Virus record (IMG/VR): IMGVR_UViG_3300025466_000012
Span: 64,001 to 128,000 of that record
Direction: 5' to 3' (one strand)
Source of the DNA: a virus
Length of the DNA stretch: 64,000 nt
Position 1 is the stretch's first letter. Every line of letters begins with the position of its first letter. The notes under the pieces are model-generated. The model made no database searches, was not told where the DNA came from, and was given only the letters and a program-made list of their open reading frames with translations. A program made the position numbers and the translations under genes. Of the stretch, positions 1 through 8,995 are shown piece after piece.

Positions 1-1
1 C

Positions 2-220
2 GCCAACCATGTGGTTCAGGACCAGGCTCGTCAAGGACAATACAGTCCACAGACCCGTGCTGATGCCAACACCGAGTCTTCTATCAAACTGGATCCCATA
101 CAACAACTCAATCTCAAACGACAGGCACGAGCCGCCGGAATTACCCAGGCCAGAACGACCGGCAATACCGACTTGGACGATTTCCTTCGACAAAACATGG
201 GCATACGGATCACAGGATGA
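2..220 (+). CDS. hypothetical protein, 5'-truncated by window edge
   Basis: Frame open to the left edge; stop overlaps next ATG (ATGA at 217-220). Confidence 0.6.
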   Translation, partial: ANHVVQDQARQGQYSPQTRADANTESSIKLDPIQQLNLKRQARAAGITQARTTGNTDLDDFLRQNMGIRITG

Positions 221-2193
221 ATATATTCGAAGGTGGCAACGTATTCAAAGATGCAGACGGTCGTGCGCTCACACAGCGTATCAATCAGGCCGATGTTGAT
301 CCGACAGTCAATTGGCTGGAGCAGTTGACTGGTCTTGATCTACACGGCGACTTGGATCCTGACACAGCCGATTCGCAACACCCCGAAGGATATCCAGAAA
401 AATGGTTGGGCACCACTGGCAAAAAACCCACATCGGGCGACCTAGATCTTGATTCAAGTGACACAACCAAAGATGCCTTACAACAGCGATTGACCCAATG
501 GTGTGTCAGTCACAACCTGAACCCTCAAGAGTATGTTAAAAAAACTGGCAGTATTGTGCATTTCAGGACTCCAATCACAGGACGCCCTGATCAGGGCTAT
601 GTGCAAACAGATTTTACATTTTTACCAAAACCACCATGGGGCCGATTTGTGCTCAGCGGCGGATCAGGTAGCCAATACAAAGGTCGTGAACGCAACGTCA
701 TGATGAATTCGATAGCCAAAAGCATGGGCTATAAACTGAATCAAAACGATGGCATTGCCGACCGTGCTACCAACCAATTGATTACCGACGATCCAGACAA
801 GACAGCCAAGCTGTTGTTAAATCCGCGTGCTACCCGTAGTGATCTACGTAATGTAGAAACTATATTGAAAGCCTTGGAACGAGATCCCAAACGCGATGCC
901 AAATTGGCCGACTTCCGCGAACACATGAAACGCGAAGGCATTCCGTTTATGGAAACGGCCAACTCCGACCCTTATATCGAATACAGTGATGTGAACTTTC
1001 TGGCACGTCTGCGAGATCGTATCGTGAATCAGGGCATGCAGATCATCATCGAAGCAGATGTACAAGGCGGTCGTGCCAAAGGAATTGAGCATCTGGAAGA
1101 TCTTGTGTTCCGCAACGGCAGTGCTGGCATCAAACGAGCCATGGATATCGTCAAACACACAGCCGCTGATACTGGACGCACAGCCACAGTCAAATGGGAT
1201 GGTCGACCAGCCCTGGTATTTGGTCGCGAACCCGATGGCACCTTTGTGCTGACCGATGTGGCCGGATTTACAGCCCGAGGCTACAACGGCCTGTTCACCA
1301 GTCCCAAGCAGGCCATCTCTTTGCTGGCACAACGTGATCAAGAAGCCCAGCGTCAAGGACGTCCGGCCGGACGTGTGGCCTATCTTGGTCCCATCTATGA
1401 AAAACTATGGCCCATGCTGAGTGCAAGTTTGCCCAAGGATTTCCGTGGCTATGTGCAAGGCGATCTATTGTATACCGATCGTCCTGACGAAGAGGCTGGT
1501 AATTTTGTGTTCACGCCCAATGCCATCACGTACCGTATACCCATCGCCAGCGACATTGGACAGCGTATAGCACAAAGTGAAGTGGGCATAGCCATGCACA
1601 CACGCTATGCCGAACCTGGTGCCCCCAAAGAACCCATTGGCTCGATTGATTTTAAACGTGTGCCCGGTTTGTTATTGCTGGAACCGGTATACGCCAAAGA
1701 AAATGTGCGTCCAAATCGCAATCTAGTGCAGGCTCTGCGTAACGTGTATTCAGCATCGGGCTCGGCCATAGATGGACTATTCAACCCAGCCGAACTTAGA
1801 GCACTACAGATCACAGACTTGCCCAGACTGTGCATTGACTATATCAACAGTAGAGTGGGTACCGATTTTGACGACTTGGTCAACGGATTTGGTCCATGGT
1901 TGCAACGCACACAGACTCCTAGAAAGTATGCCAACATAGTGGAATACCTGACCAGTCCCAGAAGCAATCTTGAAGGCATGGCTGCTGCATTTGAAGCCTG
2001 GGCCCTACTACACGACATCAAGATGGACATACTGCGCCAACTGGATCTGCAACATCCAGGACAAGAAGGCTGGGTCATGGCCACCACAGGTGGCATGGCC
2101 AAGGCCGTGAATCGACTGGCTGGTGGATTTACTGCTGCCAACCGAGCCATAAACAATCCTGGACAAACCCCGGATTTTTCCTCTCCGGCATAA
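217..2193 (+). CDS. two-domain protein: Pol-beta-like nucleotidyltransferase fused to ligase-like (DUF6267-type) domain
   Basis: 658 aa; GTTGKKPTSGDLDLD resembles the G[S/T]..DxD NTase motif; HLEDLVF...TVKWDG resembles covalent nucleotidyltransferase motif I (KxDG). Confidence 0.6.
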   Translation: MNIFEGGNVFKDADGRALTQRINQADVDPTVNWLEQLTGLDLHGDLDPDTADSQHPEGYPEKWLGTTGKKPTSGDLDLDSSDTTKDALQQRLTQWCVSHNLNPQEYVKKTGSIVHFRTPITGRPDQGYVQTDFTFLPKPPWGRFVLSGGSGSQYKGRERNVMMNSIAKSMGYKLNQNDGIADRATNQLITDDPDKTAKLLLNPRATRSDLRNVETILKALERDPKRDAKLADFREHMKREGIPFMETANSDPYIEYSDVNFLARLRDRIVNQGMQIIIEADVQGGRAKGIEHLEDLVFRNGSAGIKRAMDIVKHTAADTGRTATVKWDGRPALVFGREPDGTFVLTDVAGFTARGYNGLFTSPKQAISLLAQRDQEAQRQGRPAGRVAYLGPIYEKLWPMLSASLPKDFRGYVQGDLLYTDRPDEEAGNFVFTPNAITYRIPIASDIGQRIAQSEVGIAMHTRYAEPGAPKEPIGSIDFKRVPGLLLLEPVYAKENVRPNRNLVQALRNVYSASGSAIDGLFNPAELRALQITDLPRLCIDYINSRVGTDFDDLVNGFGPWLQRTQTPRKYANIVEYLTSPRSNLEGMAAAFEAWALLHDIKMDILRQLDLQHPGQEGWVMATTGGMAKAVNRLAGGFTAANRAINNPGQTPDFSSPA

Positions 2194-2236
2194 ATATTAG
2201 TAGGACCTCTGAGTCCATACACAAAGGAGAATCAAA

Positions 2237-2653
2237 ATGGCTTATATAACCGTAGTTTCCGGTGGCGCACAACCGGTATTCGCAACAGACGTATTAAATG
2301 GCTCTGTGGCTCAATCAGCAAACTTGGCTGCTCAACCAGTAACCAACTTCCAAGGTCCTAAATTAGACTTTTTTAGTTTGACAGCAAATGCCAATTTGTC
2401 TGTTGCAGGTGCAGGTAATGCAATGGGTTACGTTTCAAATGTATTGATGGCTATCCAGCAGATCAGCACAGTTGCAATGTACCAAGTCAGCCCAACTAAC
2501 CCACAAGTTTTAAACCTTGCAATTTTCCCAACTGGCGCTGCTAACACAGCTACATTGGTAGGTTTGGCTCAAACAGCCAATGCATCGGGTGGTTTAAACA
2601 TTGGTATTTCCACAGGCAATGTCAATACAACTGCTTCATTCGTAACACAGTAA
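2237..2653 (+). CDS. probable virion structural protein
   Basis: TAAATA at 2191-2196, strong SD AAGGAG, A/N/T/G-rich 138 aa, followed by terminator. Confidence 0.6.
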   Translation: MAYITVVSGGAQPVFATDVLNGSVAQSANLAAQPVTNFQGPKLDFFSLTANANLSVAGAGNAMGYVSNVLMAIQQISTVAMYQVSPTNPQVLNLAIFPTGAANTATLVGLAQTANASGGLNIGISTGNVNTTASFVTQ

Positions 2654-2671
2654 TCGACTTTCGTCGTTAGA

Positions 2672-2702
2672 AAGCCCCGGCGTAAAATCCCGGGGTTTTT
2701 CT
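2672..2702 (+). terminator. intrinsic terminator
   Basis: CCCCGG...CCGGGG stem followed by T run. Confidence 0.75.
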
Positions 2703-2736
2703 TTGGCCGCATTGTGCGTACATAACTATATGCTAC

Positions 2737-3162
2737 ATGAGATTCTCTTGCACCACCTTGTTTGACATCACAGTTACCGGTATCACTGGACACTACAAGC
2801 CCGCACGAGTGCCGTTCCTGGACAGGGCCAACAATCGGATAGAAGATCAAGCTGCTTGGACCCGTGCCAGGAATCAACAACGCAACTGGGAAACCATCAA
2901 TCAGATCATAGGCCTACGTACCCAGATCACAGACTCCACTCTGCCGTCGCGGTCCGGACTATCGTGGACGTTTGAATTTGAAACCGAGACTCCGGGTGTG
3001 TACGGAACTGATGATGACCCAGTCTCTATACTGCTCAGCGATGCCCAAGGCGTGCCCATGATCGTGGATCTAGACAATCGTTCTGATTTGCCGGCCATGA
3101 TGATAGTGTCTGGTCCGTCTCAAAATATCTGGTTTGCGCCTGCAGAGCTAAATATATCATGA
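2737..3162 (+). CDS. hypothetical protein
   Basis: 141 aa ORF in co-directional operon. Confidence 0.7.
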   Translation: MRFSCTTLFDITVTGITGHYKPARVPFLDRANNRIEDQAAWTRARNQQRNWETINQIIGLRTQITDSTLPSRSGLSWTFEFETETPGVYGTDDDPVSILLSDAQGVPMIVDLDNRSDLPAMMIVSGPSQNIWFAPAELNIS

Positions 3163-3422
3163 GCTCAACTACTGACATAGAGAAAAAAAGCCTCGAAGCA
3201 CATGTGGAACTGTGTGCCGAGCGATATAATGCACTGGAAACACGCATAGATAATGTGGACGAAAAGATCTCCACTCTCAGTCTCATGGTAGAAAAAGTAC
3301 ATGTAATGTTGCAAAAAATGTCAACCAAGCGCAACGATCAACTCATCACCTGGGGAGCAGGTCTGATTGGTGTATTGCTCAGCATCATTGGTTGGTTAAT
3401 CTCACACTACGCGGTAAAATGA
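3159..3422 (+). CDS. small coiled-coil protein with C-terminal transmembrane helix
   Basis: Heptad-like N-terminus, hydrophobic LITWGAGLIGVLLSIIGWLI; TAAATA at 3149-3154. Confidence 0.7.
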   Translation: MSSTTDIEKKSLEAHVELCAERYNALETRIDNVDEKISTLSLMVEKVHVMLQKMSTKRNDQLITWGAGLIGVLLSIIGWLISHYAVK

Positions 3423-3922
3423 ACATAGATCAACAGATTGAACGGTCTCTTGCGACTGAATTTCCTAAATTATTAAAATTGTTTGTGTGTAAAACAGACA
3501 GCGGCGAATACGAAGCATTTGGCAAATACCGTATAGTGCCCGAAAAACCTGGCTATCGAGTATTTTGTTCGGCCACTGACGTGGGTGTGTTTGCCAACAC
3601 ACGCAATGCCATCAGTTGGTGTGTGGCCGACAAATATCGTTGCTACGATCTGGCACGTGATCTGCTGTGGTTGGATCAAAAACTCACAGCCATCACCGAT
3701 GATATCACGGTGCGTGCAGCAGTAGGCGATCGCAGTTCCGACCCGCAATTTCGAGAAGATATAACCATCAAGCTGGAAGGCAAGATCATCATGAAAAAAC
3801 AGCTGGAACTTCAATTGATCAATTGTGTCGAAAAGGCTAAATATTATCAACAACGAGGATTCGATAATGAAACTGCAAGAACTATCCGCAAGCCCAACAA
3901 AACAAGCCGCAAAGGTATTTGA
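3419..3922 (+). CDS. hypothetical protein
   Basis: ATG 3419 overlaps previous stop. Confidence 0.7.
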   Translation: MNIDQQIERSLATEFPKLLKLFVCKTDSGEYEAFGKYRIVPEKPGYRVFCSATDVGVFANTRNAISWCVADKYRCYDLARDLLWLDQKLTAITDDITVRAAVGDRSSDPQFREDITIKLEGKIIMKKQLELQLINCVEKAKYYQQRGFDNETARTIRKPNKTSRKGI

Positions 3923-4760
3923 AAGCTATTTTGGTGGTCGCGTGCGACCCGGCAACATGACCAAGAGTCAGGCACGCAATCTGCTACAACGTGTGCGTGG
4001 TCTGGTGCAAGAACACCGTGCTACTCCAGATTTTCATCACAGCGAACGCGATCCGGCTTATCTCAAGTTGATCATGATGGAACAGGTATTGAGCTCGCGT
4101 CTCAAAGAAGACATGATGCCGCCTCCAACACAGACACAGACACAGAGCCCGGCACAAGCAGCAGCCATGGCTGCACAAAATCTTTCTCAGAAGAAAAAAG
4201 CCGACCAAGATCAGCTCAAACAGATCGATGACCAGATACGTGCATTGCAAGCACAACGTAGCCAGATACAACAGCAAATGAATTCGCCAACCATGGAAAA
4301 TCGTGGTAGACGCAATAGCCTGTATCGTCGCTTGAGCGAAAGCGAAATACAGCAGGCACAAGTGGTTTTGGCTGCGCAGGACATGGTAGATCGTGTACAA
4401 AAGATACTGGAAGACGTGACCAGCATGCAGTTCAAAGATTTGCCAGCTTTGGCAGATCAGATCAAGAACGAAGTTGGCGCACAACAGGCCGCACAGTTCA
4501 ACCAAGATGCCTCAGCTGCCTTGGGTGGCCTGGTACAAAACCTACAGGCCAGCAAACAGCAACTGGAACAGGCCCTGAGTGTGGTAACCGGACAAGATGC
4601 CGGCATGCCTCCGGCCATGGGTGCAGTGGACAGTGAACAGCCCGCGATGGGCGAACCTGAACCAGCACCTGATGCTGGCAACAGTGATCTAGAAGCCGAC
4701 ATGGATCTGGACTCCAATCTAGGCTCGCCTCCGGCTGCACTGGGTCGTGGTCGCAGATAA
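3867..4760 (+). CDS. coiled-coil probable virion/head-associated protein
   Basis: Q/A-rich coiled coil with acidic tail; likely start MKLQEL at 3867. Confidence 0.65.
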   Translation: MKLQELSASPTKQAAKVFESYFGGRVRPGNMTKSQARNLLQRVRGLVQEHRATPDFHHSERDPAYLKLIMMEQVLSSRLKEDMMPPPTQTQTQSPAQAAAMAAQNLSQKKKADQDQLKQIDDQIRALQAQRSQIQQQMNSPTMENRGRRNSLYRRLSESEIQQAQVVLAAQDMVDRVQKILEDVTSMQFKDLPALADQIKNEVGAQQAAQFNQDASAALGGLVQNLQASKQQLEQALSVVTGQDAGMPPAMGAVDSEQPAMGEPEPAPDAGNSDLEADMDLDSNLGSPPAALGRGRR

Positions 4761-5107
4761 TGCGCATGAGAGAAATATTTGAGGGCAACGACGTCAGCTC
4801 TCAAAAACTACTGGCCTTGAGTCAGTTCTTGGCTGGTCGAGCCAACGATCAAAATGCCCAAAAACAGATCAGCACTGACGCTTTTATCCAGGCTGCCAAA
4901 AGTCTAGGAGTAGAACTCAATGCCAACAATCTTTCTGATTACCTGCAACAAGAACCGCTCAAGGACATACTTGAGCCCATGGATCCGGGGTCGGATGTGA
5001 TACGTTTTGTTGGCAACCCTGCCGGTGGAGATGTGGGCATGCCGGTAGACCAGGCCCGAGCCGTGGTAGACAAAAACGCCAAGGCAGCTCTAAAAAGACG
5101 CACCTAA
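4760..5107 (+). CDS. hypothetical protein
   Basis: 115 aa; TAATG translational coupling. Confidence 0.65.
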   Translation: MRMREIFEGNDVSSQKLLALSQFLAGRANDQNAQKQISTDAFIQAAKSLGVELNANNLSDYLQQEPLKDILEPMDPGSDVIRFVGNPAGGDVGMPVDQARAVVDKNAKAALKRRT

Positions 5108-5159
5108 ATGGTTGACAATCTGTTATAAGTATACTACACTTATACACTAGGAGTTGACC

Positions 5160-5465
5160 ATGAAAAAACTTATTGCAACAGGTATTCTAACACTCGCTGT
5201 GACCAGTTCACTACCAGCTGAAGCACATTGGCGCAACGGTTGTTGCTATCGCGGTTACAGTGGCTGGGTGGCGCCGGCCTTGATTGGTGGTGTGATCGGT
5301 TACGAACTGTCGAGACCCTATTACTATGCTCCGCCGCCAGTGGTACTAGTTCAACCGCCGGTAGTGGTTCAACAACCGACTCCGGTTGATCCCCCAGGAT
5401 ATCATTGGCAACAGATGACAGATCCACAAACTGGCCAAAGCAAAATGGCCTTGATACCAAACTAA
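5160..5465 (+). CDS. secreted proline-rich protein
   Basis: Signal peptide MKKLIATGILTLAVTSSLPAEA; PPPVV repeats; SD AGGAG; TTGACA-17-TACACT at 5112-5140. Confidence 0.7.
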   Translation: MKKLIATGILTLAVTSSLPAEAHWRNGCCYRGYSGWVAPALIGGVIGYELSRPYYYAPPPVVLVQPPVVVQQPTPVDPPGYHWQQMTDPQTGQSKMALIPN

Positions 5466-5473
5466 AGGAAATT

Positions 5474-6061
5474 ATGAAATCGTTATTGTTAGCATTATTA
5501 GTAGTAACAGGGGCCGCACAAGCTTCTAACAACTGGACCGGACTAGCTGGTCCAGTGACCAATTCCACTGGATTATGCTGGAGAAACAGTGCATGGACAC
5601 CGGCCACAGCCGAAACCAACTGCGACGGAGCCACACAGCCAGCGATCACAAAATCTGCCGAGCCTGTTGTTGTGCCCAAAGTTGAAAAATCAGTCGCAAT
5701 CGTGCAATTGCCTCCAGTGACATATTTGGCACAGTCCTTGTTCGATTTTGACCGTGCCGTGATCAAACCACAAGGTCTTCACACTCTTGATCAATTGGTA
5801 AAACGGTTAAAATCGGTCCATGTTGACAGCGTGATCGTGGTGGGACACACCGACAGTGTGGGCACCGATGCTTACAACATGCGATTGGGGCAACGACGAG
5901 CTCGAGCAGTGGCTGATTATCTGATCGGGCAAGGCATAGAGGCCAATCGTGTGTTTGCTGACAGCAAAGGCGAACGCGAGCCAGCTAGCACCAACAGCAC
6001 AGCATATGGTCGTTCCATGAATCGACGAGTGGTTGTAGAAGTCTACGGAACAGCCGACTGA
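5474..6061 (+). CDS. ompA: OmpA-family outer membrane protein (peptidoglycan-binding C-terminal domain)
   Basis: Signal peptide; betaproteobacterial-type GLCWRN motif; FDFDRAVIK, GHTDSVG..YNMRLGQRRA, NRRVVVEV motifs. Confidence 0.9.
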   Translation: MKSLLLALLVVTGAAQASNNWTGLAGPVTNSTGLCWRNSAWTPATAETNCDGATQPAITKSAEPVVVPKVEKSVAIVQLPPVTYLAQSLFDFDRAVIKPQGLHTLDQLVKRLKSVHVDSVIVVGHTDSVGTDAYNMRLGQRRARAVADYLIGQGIEANRVFADSKGEREPASTNSTAYGRSMNRRVVVEVYGTAD

Positions 6062-6150
6062 TGGCCTATTCAGAAAAGTTACTCGATCATTATGAGAATC
6101 CACGCAATGTGGGTTCTTTTGCCAAAGACGAGGAAGGCATAGGCACCTGA
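6061..6150 (+). pseudogene. iscU: orphaned 5' stub of iscU (29 codons: MAYSEKLLDHYENPRNVGSFAKDEEGIGT*)
   Basis: Translated by hand; matches the N-terminus of IscU and of the ORF at 6816; ATG overlaps the ompA stop (TGATG). Confidence 0.9.
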
Positions 6151-6226
6151 ATTAAAAAACGTGTATAATCTTAATATAGGCATTTATAAATGACCACATA
6201 CAGGTACTCCAAGACTAAATACTTAT

Positions 6227-6826
6227 ATGAAAAGCAAGTATGGTTTAATTAAAAAATGTCTTCATTGTAACCAAGATTTTGAAACAAAACCTAGATACTT
6301 AGAGTATTGTTCAACTCCTTGTAAAAATCCAATCAATCGTCCTGGAAACACTGCTTGGAATAAAGGTATTAAACTTACTAACGAACAAAAGTCTAAATTA
6401 AATATCGAAGGTCTTAAAAAAGGACACGGTTGGAATAAAGGTTTACCAAACAAAAGACAGAGTCAAAAATGGAAAGAAAATAATCCTAATGCAGACGGCA
6501 AATTAAATAATCTAAGAACTAAAAAACCTTGTAACGATGCTCTCAAACTTTATCGAGGAAAAGTTCGTTATGCTACATATAGAACTATTAAAGAAATGAA
6601 AGTTAATAATGAGTGGGTTCCTGTGTTTGGCAAATATAAACATAGTTGGCAAATAGATCATATCATTCCTATAGTTCAAGGGTTTGAATTGGGAATAGAT
6701 CCCTATTTACTTGGTAGTAAAAAAAATATACAATTTATTAAAGGTGAAGAAAACAGATCCAAGTGGGATAGTTTTCAAACTAACGATGTAATAGAGTCAA
6801 TAACAGGAGAAACATATGGCTTATAG
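6227..6826 (+). mobile_element. free-standing HNH homing endonuclease
   Basis: WQIDHIIP...N...EENRSK HNH motif; AWNKG DNA-binding repeats; CxxC pair; AT-rich; own TAAATA at 6216-6221. Confidence 0.8.
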
Positions 6827-8222
6827 TGATGCTGTTTTGGATCATTACGAAAATCCAAGAAATGTGGGATCGTTTAAGAAGGGTGACGAGGGTGTTGGAG
6901 TTGGACTTGTGGGGGCACCTAGTTGTGGAGATGTTTTACAGTTAAGTATAAAGGTAAATGATGTTGGAATTATTACAGACGCCCGGTTTAAAACTTACGG
7001 CTGTTTAACTAGTAATGCTCCTGTTAATACTCCAACCTGCATTAAAAAAATAAAAGATTTAAAAATCGGCGACGAGGTGTTGGCCTGGAACGGTGAAAAA
7101 ATTGTTAATCAAAAAATACAAAATATAATTAAACATTCGGTTGATGTTGATGAGTTGTTGATTATTACTTTTAAACGCGAGACGAGTAGAAAAAATACCA
7201 ATCCTGGCACCTTCTCATTAATTTGCACAAAAGAACATATATTTTGGAATGCCGATAATACACCAGTAGAAGCACAACAACTACAAGTAGGTCAAGAGTT
7301 GTATGAAATAACCGAACACGAGTTACGAATTCTTACAAATAATAGACATCGCACAGAACTCAAACAAAAAAATAGCAATAGAATGAAAGAATGGAATCAA
7401 ATTTTTGATCATTCAGTATTACCACAAAATCAATCCGGGTATGTGTGTAAAGATTTAGAAACCAAAAAGAAAAAATCTAGGATTGCTTCTTTAAAAAATT
7501 GGAAAGATTCTGATTATGTCAAAAAATGGCAACAGGGAATGGCACGAAGAGATTGGTCTAAACCTACTAGTATTGAACAAAAATATATTGATTTATTTGA
7601 AGAAAACAATGTAGCAATAAAATGGAGTGCTGGAAAGATATGGATTCAAACTGATGCAGGACCAGCAAGCCCAGATTTTATTGTTCCTGGTAAGAAAAAA
7701 TGCATAGAAGTGTATACAAAGCGTATGCCCAAATTCATGCAAGATAGGTCAGAAGAATCAAATTATGTAGTGAATCGTCGCAAACAGTTGGCCACAGCCG
7801 GCTACGATTCATTATTTTTAGCAATAGAAGATATTGATAAATCATTGTCAGAAGTGCAAAATTTCATTCATAACGGAATGAAAATTGTAGATGTTTCACC
7901 AATTACTCATTTAAATCAGTTACGCGGTTGTGAAAGAGATGGAAAATCAGTTGTGGTATATGATTTAAAATTAGAGGGTGGAGCTCATGTGTTTTTCTCT
8001 AACAGAGTTGGGTCACATAATTGTGGATCGGCTATTGCATCATCCAGTCTTATCACTGAATGGGTCAAAGGGAAAACACTGGACGAAGCAGGAAGCATTA
8101 AGAACAGCCAAATTGCTGAAGAGTTGGCGCTCCCGCCCGTCAAAATACATTGTAGCATATTGGCAGAATCCGCCATTACAGCGGCAATTGACGACTATAA
8201 GAAAAGACATAACCTAACATAG
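6816..8222 (+). CDS. iscU: Fe-S cluster scaffold IscU interrupted by an intein
   Basis: N-extein to FKTYG (62 aa) plus C-extein CGSAIASSS...LPPVKIHC (66 aa) gives 128-aa IscU with C37, D39, C63, H105, C106. Confidence 0.95.
   Translation: MAYSDAVLDHYENPRNVGSFKKGDEGVGVGLVGAPSCGDVLQLSIKVNDVGIITDARFKTYGCLTSNAPVNTPTCIKKIKDLKIGDEVLAWNGEKIVNQKIQNIIKHSVDVDELLIITFKRETSRKNTNPGTFSLICTKEHIFWNADNTPVEAQQLQVGQELYEITEHELRILTNNRHRTELKQKNSNRMKEWNQIFDHSVLPQNQSGYVCKDLETKKKKSRIASLKNWKDSDYVKKWQQGMARRDWSKPTSIEQKYIDLFEENNVAIKWSAGKIWIQTDAGPASPDFIVPGKKKCIEVYTKRMPKFMQDRSEESNYVVNRRKQLATAGYDSLFLAIEDIDKSLSEVQNFIHNGMKIVDVSPITHLNQLRGCERDGKSVVVYDLKLEGGAHVFFSNRVGSHNCGSAIASSSLITEWVKGKTLDEAGSIKNSQIAEELALPPVKIHCSILAESAITAAIDDYKKRHNLT
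7002..8021 (+). mobile_element. 340-aa intein with Vsr/DUF559-like (PD-(D/E)XK) endonuclease domain
   Basis: Starts C (CLTSN), block B TKEH, block F VYDL, ends HN before +1 Cys; internal PTSIEQ...SPDFIVPGKKKCIEVY. Confidence 0.92.
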
Positions 8223-8248
8223 AACAAATAACTTTGCTAAATAAAGTT

Positions 8249-8995
8249 ATGAATAGGTGTAAATGTGGTTGTGGAATATCACTTAGAAAAGATAATAGAA
8301 CTGGATACCAAAAAGGTCATAAACCATGCCCTATTTGCGGTACACTGATAAAGGGCTCAAGTATAGAGTGCTGTTCAAAATCTTGCTCTGCTAAACTACA
8401 CTGGCAAAGAAATCCAGATATGGCAGAATCTAGAACCTGGAATGCTGAACGATATGCTACTAGAGAACAGAATAGAGATACTTGGGTTAAAAACTTGTCA
8501 AATGCTTGCAAAGGTAGAACTCCTTGGAATAAAGATACGCAAGGATTACAAGTAGCGTGGAATAAAGGGTTACCTGGTAATTTTAAGGGAAAGAGGCACA
8601 GTTCTGATTATATTGAAAAAGTTAAAAAGACCAATCTTGAAAGATATGGTGTAGAAAATGTTGGACATTTTGCTAAAACTTCTCCTCGTAGTAAAAAAGA
8701 AAAATCTCTAGAAACAATTTTAATTGATTATGAGATCAATGTTAAAATTGGAAAATACAAACCAGATTATGTGAATGAATCAACTAAACACATAATAGAA
8801 ATTTATGGTGATTACTGGCATTGTAATCCAAAATTATTCAATAAAGATTTTTATCATCCTCAGCTGAAAAAGACAGCCGAAGAAAAATGGTTATTAGATT
8901 TAACTAGACAACAGTATTTTGAATCTTTAGGATACACAGTAGAAATAATATGGGAAAGCGAATTAGATGATTACCGTAACCGACACGGCCAGTAA
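8249..8995 (+). mobile_element. free-standing Vsr/DUF559-like homing endonuclease
   Basis: Cys-rich N-terminus, PWNK/AWNKG repeats, KPDYV...IIEIYGDYWHCNP; TAAATA at 8238-8243; AT-rich. Confidence 0.8.

Noticed and set aside
6141-6920. Group I intron joining the iscU stub to downstream iscU; GGCACCT occurs at both 6142-6148 and about 6914-6920
   Set aside because: The 7-mers are in different frames, so joining gives an immediate TAG. The downstream copy has its own complete N-terminus, and no P7/GNRA core is visible in the 76-nt spacer.
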